NCBI GenBank assembly: GCA_963728205.1
Contig: CAVSIV010000006.1
Span: 1,376,001-1,440,000, forward strand
Direction of reading: 5' to 3'
Source of the DNA: an uncultured Chloroflexia bacterium
GTDB lineage: Bacteria > Chloroflexota > Dehalococcoidia > UBA2979
Length of the DNA stretch: 64,000 bases
The notes beneath the pieces are model-generated. The model did no database searches. It was not told where the DNA came from and was given only the letters and a program-made list of their open reading frames with translations. The position numbers and the translations under genes are program-made. Below are positions 58,968-64,000 of the stretch, piece after piece (the first letter of the stretch is position 1; every line of letters begins with the position of its first letter).

Positions 58968-59645
58968 TTACCGGGACGGGTGGTCGTCGAGGCCGACCAC
59001 GCGCACGTGGCTGTGCGTCTTGTAGCGGCCGTTGATCCCGATCAGCAGGATCGTGATGCCCTCGACGAAGCGCGAGAAGCGTAGCGGGCCGGCGTCGACC
59101 GCGCGCGCGCCGTCGATCTGCGCGGCGAGCGCCATCACCGCCTGCTTCGCCTCGGCGTCGTTGCCGGTGACGAGGACGTCGGCCGCGACCGGCGCGTCGG
59201 GGTCCGCGAGCACCTCCGCCGAGAGGTTGTGGAACGCGCCGACGACGCGCGACTCCGGCAGCACCGCGGCCGCCTCCTCGGTCGCCGAGCCCTCCGGGAC
59301 GTCGACCGGGCGCGGGCCGCGCTCGAAGCGCACCGGCACCGCCGCGTCGATCACGATCTTCCCGGCGAGCGCCTCGCGCAGCGACTCGAGCGTCGCGCGG
59401 TGGCCGGCGTAGGGGACGGTGACGATGACGACGTCGGCGCCGGCGACGGCGGCCGCGTTGGCGTCGCCGCTGATGGCGCCGTGCGTGCGTTCGACGAGCG
59501 CGCCGGCGAGCTCGGCGGCGACGGCTGCGCCGCGCTCGGCCTCGCGGCTGCCGATGACGACGGCGTGCCCCGCGAGCGCGAGTCGCGTGGCGAGCCCGCG
59601 CCCCTCGGGGCCGGTGCCGCCCAGGATCGCGATGGTGTGGGGCAT
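58968..59645 (-). CDS. npdG: NADPH-dependent F420 reductase (Fno)
   Basis: GGTGPEGRGLA, IGSR, TVPY, GSATEE, GAFHNLSA, DAGPL. Confidence 0.93.
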   Translation of the reverse strand: MPHTIAILGGTGPEGRGLATRLALAGHAVVIGSREAERGAAVAAELAGALVERTHGAISGDANAAAVAGADVVIVTVPYAGHRATLESLREALAGKIVIDAAVPVRFERGPRPVDVPEGSATEEAAAVLPESRVVGAFHNLSAEVLADPDAPVAADVLVTGNDAEAKQAVMALAAQIDGARAVDAGPLRFSRFVEGITILLIGINGRYKTHSHVRVVGLDDHPSR

Positions 59646-59872
59646 GTCGTGACTCCGATCTCTTCTGGGCGCGCGGCAGCCCTCAGGGCTGCCGTGGACC
59701 GTGGCTGCCTCCGCGGCGAGCGGGCGGCTCCCTCCCGGGAGTGGCGCGGTCTGGACATGGCGGGCCTGAAGCCCGCCGCGCGCAGTCCTGCGCGCCGGGA
59801 CCGCGGGCCGAGCGGCGCATATCCTCGCAGCACCGCGACTCGCCCGGAAGGGGGCCGCCGGGAAGGCGACGG

Positions 59873-60637
59873 ATGACAGCCCTGGACACCCTCGCCGTCG
59901 ACGTCCGCTCCCTCGCGCACCGCTACGACGCGGACGCGGGCGGGCTGCTCGCGCTGCGCGACGTGGACCTGGCGCTGCGCGACGGGGAGTTCGTGTCGCT
60001 CGTGGGACCGTCGGGGTGCGGCAAGACGACGCTGCTGCGCATCGTCGCCGGGCTGCTCGCGCCGGCCGCCGGGCACGTCGCGGTGCTGGGCCGCCCGCCC
60101 GCCGCCGCCCGCTCCGACCACGCGTTCGGCCTCGTGACGCAGGACCCGGGGTTGCTCCCGTGGCGCACCGTCGCCGCGAACGTGCGCCTCTCGCTGGACG
60201 TCACGGGCGCCCGCGGCGACGTCGGTGCGCTGCTCGCGCTCGTCGGCATCGAGCGCTTCGCCGGCTACTACCCGCGCCAGCTGTCCGGCGGCATGCGCCA
60301 GCGCGTGGCGCTGGCTCGCGCGCTCGCCCACGCGCCGCGGCTGCTGCTGATGGACGAGCCGTTCGGTGCGCTCGACGAGCTCTCGCGCGAGCAGATGCGG
60401 CTCGAGCTGCTGCGCGTCTGGGAGCAACGCCGCACCTCCGTCCTCTTTGTCACGCACTCCATCCGCGAGGCGGTGCTGCTGTCCGATCGTGTCGTGGTGA
60501 TGAGCGGCTCGCCGGGCACGGTCGTCGACGACGTGACGGTGCCGCTGGCGCGGCCGCGCGTGGCCGCGCTGGAGGCGGAGCCCGCGTTCGCCGCGCTCGT
60601 GGCGCGCGTGCGCGCGGCGCTCGAGGCGGGCGCCTGA
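59873..60637 (+). CDS. ABC ATPase, NitT/TauT family
   Basis: GPSGCGKTT, LLPW, LSGGMRQR, MDEPFGALD, THSIREAV. Confidence 0.93.
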   Translation: MTALDTLAVDVRSLAHRYDADAGGLLALRDVDLALRDGEFVSLVGPSGCGKTTLLRIVAGLLAPAAGHVAVLGRPPAAARSDHAFGLVTQDPGLLPWRTVAANVRLSLDVTGARGDVGALLALVGIERFAGYYPRQLSGGMRQRVALARALAHAPRLLLMDEPFGALDELSREQMRLELLRVWEQRRTSVLFVTHSIREAVLLSDRVVVMSGSPGTVVDDVTVPLARPRVAALEAEPAFAALVARVRAALEAGA

Positions 60638-61548
60638 TGGCGCGCGCCCGCACGCCGGCGCCCCCGGGGGCGCAGCCGCGCGATGCGGCCGGCGTCGCGC
60701 CGGGCGCCCCCGCGTCCGCGGCAGACGCCGCCACGCCGGTTCCGCCGCGGACGCGCCGCGCGCGGCGCTCGCCCGGCGCGCGCCTGCGCGGCGCCGCCGC
60801 GCAGTGGGGCGCGCCGCTGGCGCTGCTCGCCATCCTGCTCGCCGCGTGGGAGGCGTTCGTTCGCCTCCGCCACGTGAAGGCGTACCTGCTCCCGCCGCCG
60901 ACCGCCGTCGCGCGCGCGCTCGCCTCCGACCCGGGCCGCTTCGCCGACGCCGCGCGGCTGTCGCTCGAGGCCGCGCTCGGCGGCCTGCTGATCGCCAGCG
61001 CCGTCGCCTTCGCGCTCGCCGTCGTGATGGCGCACTCGCGCGTCCTCGAGCGCGCCCTCTACCCGCCGGCGCTCGCGATCAAGGTGACGCCGATCGTCGC
61101 GGTCTACCCGCTGCTCGCCATCTGGTTCGGCTTCGGCATCGGACCGAAGATGCTCGTCGCCGCGCTGATCACGTTCTTCCCGATGCTGGTGAACTCGGTC
61201 GTCGGGCTGCGCAGCGTCGACCCGTCGGCGCTCGACTTCATGCGCGCGCTCGACGCCTCGCGCTGGCAGGTGTTCTGGCGACTGCGGCTGCCGTCGTCGC
61301 TGCCGTACGTCTTTGCCGCGCTGCGCATCTCCGTGCCGCTGTCGCTGATCGGCGCGGTCGTGGCCGAGTTCCTGTCGGGGACGTCCGGGATGGGGCAGCT
61401 GATCCTGATCGCGAACGGCGACTTCGACACGGCGACGCTGTTCGGCGCGGTCGTGGTGCTGGCCGTCCTGGGGGTGGCGCTGACCGCGGTCGTTTCCTAT
61501 GTTGAGCGCCGCGTGCTGTTCTGGCACGAATCCTCGATGGGTGTGTAG
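60637..61548 (+). CDS. ABC permease, NitT/TauT family
   Basis: LLPPP, PIVA..PL...WFGFG, FFP, LPSSLP, GAVVAEF. Confidence 0.93.
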   Translation: MARARTPAPPGAQPRDAAGVAPGAPASAADAATPVPPRTRRARRSPGARLRGAAAQWGAPLALLAILLAAWEAFVRLRHVKAYLLPPPTAVARALASDPGRFADAARLSLEAALGGLLIASAVAFALAVVMAHSRVLERALYPPALAIKVTPIVAVYPLLAIWFGFGIGPKMLVAALITFFPMLVNSVVGLRSVDPSALDFMRALDASRWQVFWRLRLPSSLPYVFAALRISVPLSLIGAVVAEFLSGTSGMGQLILIANGDFDTATLFGAVVVLAVLGVALTAVVSYVERRVLFWHESSMGV

Positions 61549-61654
61549 TGCCCGCGCGCACGGCGCGGATGCAGACCCGGACGAACTCGACAGGCGTGTA
61601 GCGCCCGCGCACGAGCGCGGATGCACGCACCAGCCCTGCCGGGAGGCCTGCTCC

Positions 61655-62800
61655 ATGCACCCTGCTGCCCTGCTCGGCGCGGTTCGCCGCGCCCCGTCCC
61701 CCCGCGCGCGCCGGGGGGCGCTCCTGCTCCTCGTCGCGCTCGCGGCCCTCGCGCTGCTCGCTGCCTGCGGTGGCGGCTCCGCGTCCGCCACCGCGACCGG
61801 CACGCCCGCGGCCGCGACGGCGCCGGCCGCTTCCGCGACCGCGAGCGCGGCCGCCGCGTCGCCCACGGCGACCCCGGCCCCGCGCGAGATCACGTTCATG
61901 GCCGGCTACACGCCGCAGGCGAACCTGCCCTTCGTCGCGGTCTACGTCGCACAGGCCGAGGGCTTCTTCGCCGACGAAGGCCTGAAGGTGAACATCCAGC
62001 ACTCGTCCGGGCAGGACGAGCACCTCAAGCTGCTGGTCGCCGGCAAGGTCGACTTCACGACCGGTACCGCCGCCCAGCTGCTCGTGCGCCACGAGCAGGG
62101 GCTACAGGACGTCGCGGTCGCGCTCTTCGGCCAGCGTGGCGACCAGGCGTACGTCGCGCGTGCCGACTCCGGCATCAAGGGTCCGGCCGACTTCAAGGGA
62201 CACAGCGTCGGATTCAAGGCCGGCGTCGTCCCGGCCGAGCTGCAGGCGATGCTCGCCGGCGCCGGCCTCACGCAGAACGACGTGAAGCTGCAGGCCGTCG
62301 GCTTCGACCCGCGCGTCTTCACCGAGGGCAAGGTCGACGTGTACCCGGTGTTCATCGACAACGAGCCCGACACCATCCGCAAGGCCGGTGTCGGCATCAA
62401 CGTCATCGACCCGGCCGACTTCGGCGTGCCGACGCTCGGGCTCGTCTACCTCACGCGCCGGGATCTCGTGCAGCAGGACCCGGAGGTGGTGACGCGCTTC
62501 CTGCGCGCGACGATGCGGGCGACTGCGTGGATCCAGGACCACGTCGATCAGTCCGTCGACGTCACGCTGCAGTGGGCGAAAGGCGCCGACGCCGCGCACC
62601 AGAAGTTCATGCTCGAGACGGACCTGAAGAACGCGCAGCGCGCCGACGGCATCGGCCGCTCGGACCCGCAGCAGTGGCAGGACCTGTACGCGGTGCTGCG
62701 CAAGTACGGTGTGCTCGACAAGGACATCGCGGACCCGGCGTCGGTCTTCGACGGGACGTTCGTGAACCAGCTGTACACGTCGGGGCAGATCAAGCCGTAG
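61655..62800 (+). CDS. ABC substrate-binding lipoprotein, NMT1/THI5 family
   Basis: Lipobox LAAC; YVAQAEGFFADEGL, GKVDV, NEP. Confidence 0.9.
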   Translation: MHPAALLGAVRRAPSPRARRGALLLLVALAALALLAACGGGSASATATGTPAAATAPAASATASAAAASPTATPAPREITFMAGYTPQANLPFVAVYVAQAEGFFADEGLKVNIQHSSGQDEHLKLLVAGKVDFTTGTAAQLLVRHEQGLQDVAVALFGQRGDQAYVARADSGIKGPADFKGHSVGFKAGVVPAELQAMLAGAGLTQNDVKLQAVGFDPRVFTEGKVDVYPVFIDNEPDTIRKAGVGINVIDPADFGVPTLGLVYLTRRDLVQQDPEVVTRFLRATMRATAWIQDHVDQSVDVTLQWAKGADAAHQKFMLETDLKNAQRADGIGRSDPQQWQDLYAVLRKYGVLDKDIADPASVFDGTFVNQLYTSGQIKP

Positions 62801-62830
62801 AGGCGGGCGTTGCCCCCCCACGGTCCCTCG

Positions 62831-62858
62831 CAAGCGGCGGCGTGTCTGCCGCCGCTTG
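62831..62858. repeat. single REP hairpin between convergent genes (possible bidirectional terminator)
   Basis: caagcggcggc-gtgtct-gccgccgcttg. Confidence 0.7.
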
Positions 62859-62873
62859 CGGGAACGGATCGGG

Positions 62874-64000
62874 CTACAGCCCGATCTCCTTGGTCAGCAC
62901 CACCTGGCCGTCGACGTGGAGCTCGAACTCCCACGTCCCACCCGTCAGCGGCGCATCGTCTTTGTAGCCGACCCACCACTTGCCCGAGCCGCCGCCGGTC
63001 CACGGCAGCTCGGGTGACTGGTAGATGGCCTGGCCGTTGTGGAAGACGAGCCAGCGGACCTGGTGCGCCTCCTCCATGCCCTCGTAGTTGAAGAAGAGCA
63101 GCACCTGGTTCGAGCCGGCGGCCACGGGCTGCGCCGCCGCGCGGCCGGACGTCGCGGTCGAGCCGAACGCCGGGTCCTGCGCCGTCACCTTCGGCGCCTG
63201 CGCGTCGACGCCGATCAGCGCCGTCGCGGACGCGCGCAGCGAGCCGCCCACCCAGACCTCGAGCCGCCAGCGGCCATCGGGCAGCCCCGCGGGGTTCGGC
63301 GTCGTCAGGCGGTCGGACACGGTGCCGAAGCCGCCCTGGTTCCAGGGGTAGCTCGACGAGATTCTGATCCTGGAAGACGTTGTCGCGGTACCAGCGCTCC
63401 TCGACCACCGTCCCCGGCGCGATGCCCTGCGCCACGAACTCGTAGTAGACGGCGACCGTGTGCGAGGGGAAGTGGTTGCGGTAGTCGAACAGGTCGCGCC
63501 CGAAGGGGCCGTCGAGCGCGCTCTGCGCGAACGACGGCGTGCTCACCCAGGCGCCGTCGCTCGTGACGCCGGCGCGGGCGATGAGCGGCGCGCTGTAGCG
63601 CGCCTCGGGCCCGAGCGAGCGTGCGCGCGCAATGATGTCGCTCGCGAGGTCGCTCGGCCGCACCTCGGCGACCGGCGCGCTCGGATCGAACCGCGGCTGC
63701 ACGAGGATGCCGACGAGGCCGCCCCCGCGGTCGAACGCGGGGCCGCCCTGCGCGCCGTATGGCAGCCGCGCGTCGGTCTTCAGCCACGCGCGGCCGCTCA
63801 CGAACGGGCTACCGCGGAAGCCGGTCAGCTTCGCCTGGGTGACGGTGAGCACCTGCGACGTCTCCCCGCCCGTCACGTCGAGGCCGGGCTGGCCGAAGAG
63901 CCGCAGCGAGTCGCCGGTCCCGGCCTGCGCGCTCTGGTCGATGCGCACCGCGGGCACCGTGAACCCGGCGCTGCCGAGCGATTCCCCGCCGCTGCGGCCG
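62874..64000 (-). CDS. trypsin-like domain protein, 5'-truncated by the window edge; +1 frameshift at 63360
   Basis: WLKTDARLPYGAQGGPAFDRGGGLVGI; removing one base joins the 63320-62874 ORF. Confidence 0.7.

Noticed and set aside
59650-59870. TPP riboswitch before the NMT1/THI5 ABC operon
   Set aside because: No CTGAGA or ACCTGA...GNAGGGA motifs; the hairpins look REP-like.

Overview
A very GC-rich bacterial chromosomal segment, most consistent with Chloroflexota, class Dehalococcoidia. This is an inference from F420 genes (cofE, npdG, an LLM reductase), a CoA-transferase III, a sortase and a Gram-positive-style flagellar gene order. About 30 kb (10.9-40.4 kb) is a flagellar region: four flagellins, a YkgJ/FliB-like Cys-cluster gene, an SLT-M23 hydrolase, flaG-fliD-fliS-fliT-like-sortase-flgM, then fliF-G-H-I-J-flgB-C-fliE-K-flgD-TIGR02530-like-flgE, followed by a cNMP-DUF2225-like gene. 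Upstream lie a SipW/TasA-type fibre cassette split by a REP-associated Y1 transposase and a probable 6S RNA. Downstream are an MshC-like ligase with a DinB-family gene, glgP, lexA, holA, F420 genes and an NMT1/THI5-type ABC transporter. tRNA-His and many REP-like palindromic arrays are present. The main non-obvious signals are three: (1) a shared 15-16 bp palindrome upstream of flagellin, flaG, fliF, SLT, sipW and TasA-like genes; (2) CsrA-type GGA hairpins in three flagellin leaders; (3) seven +1 frameshifts that each read GAWTC where GATC restores the gene, which suggests a methylation-linked long-read artefact. All family calls come from motif recognition by eye; no database searches were run.
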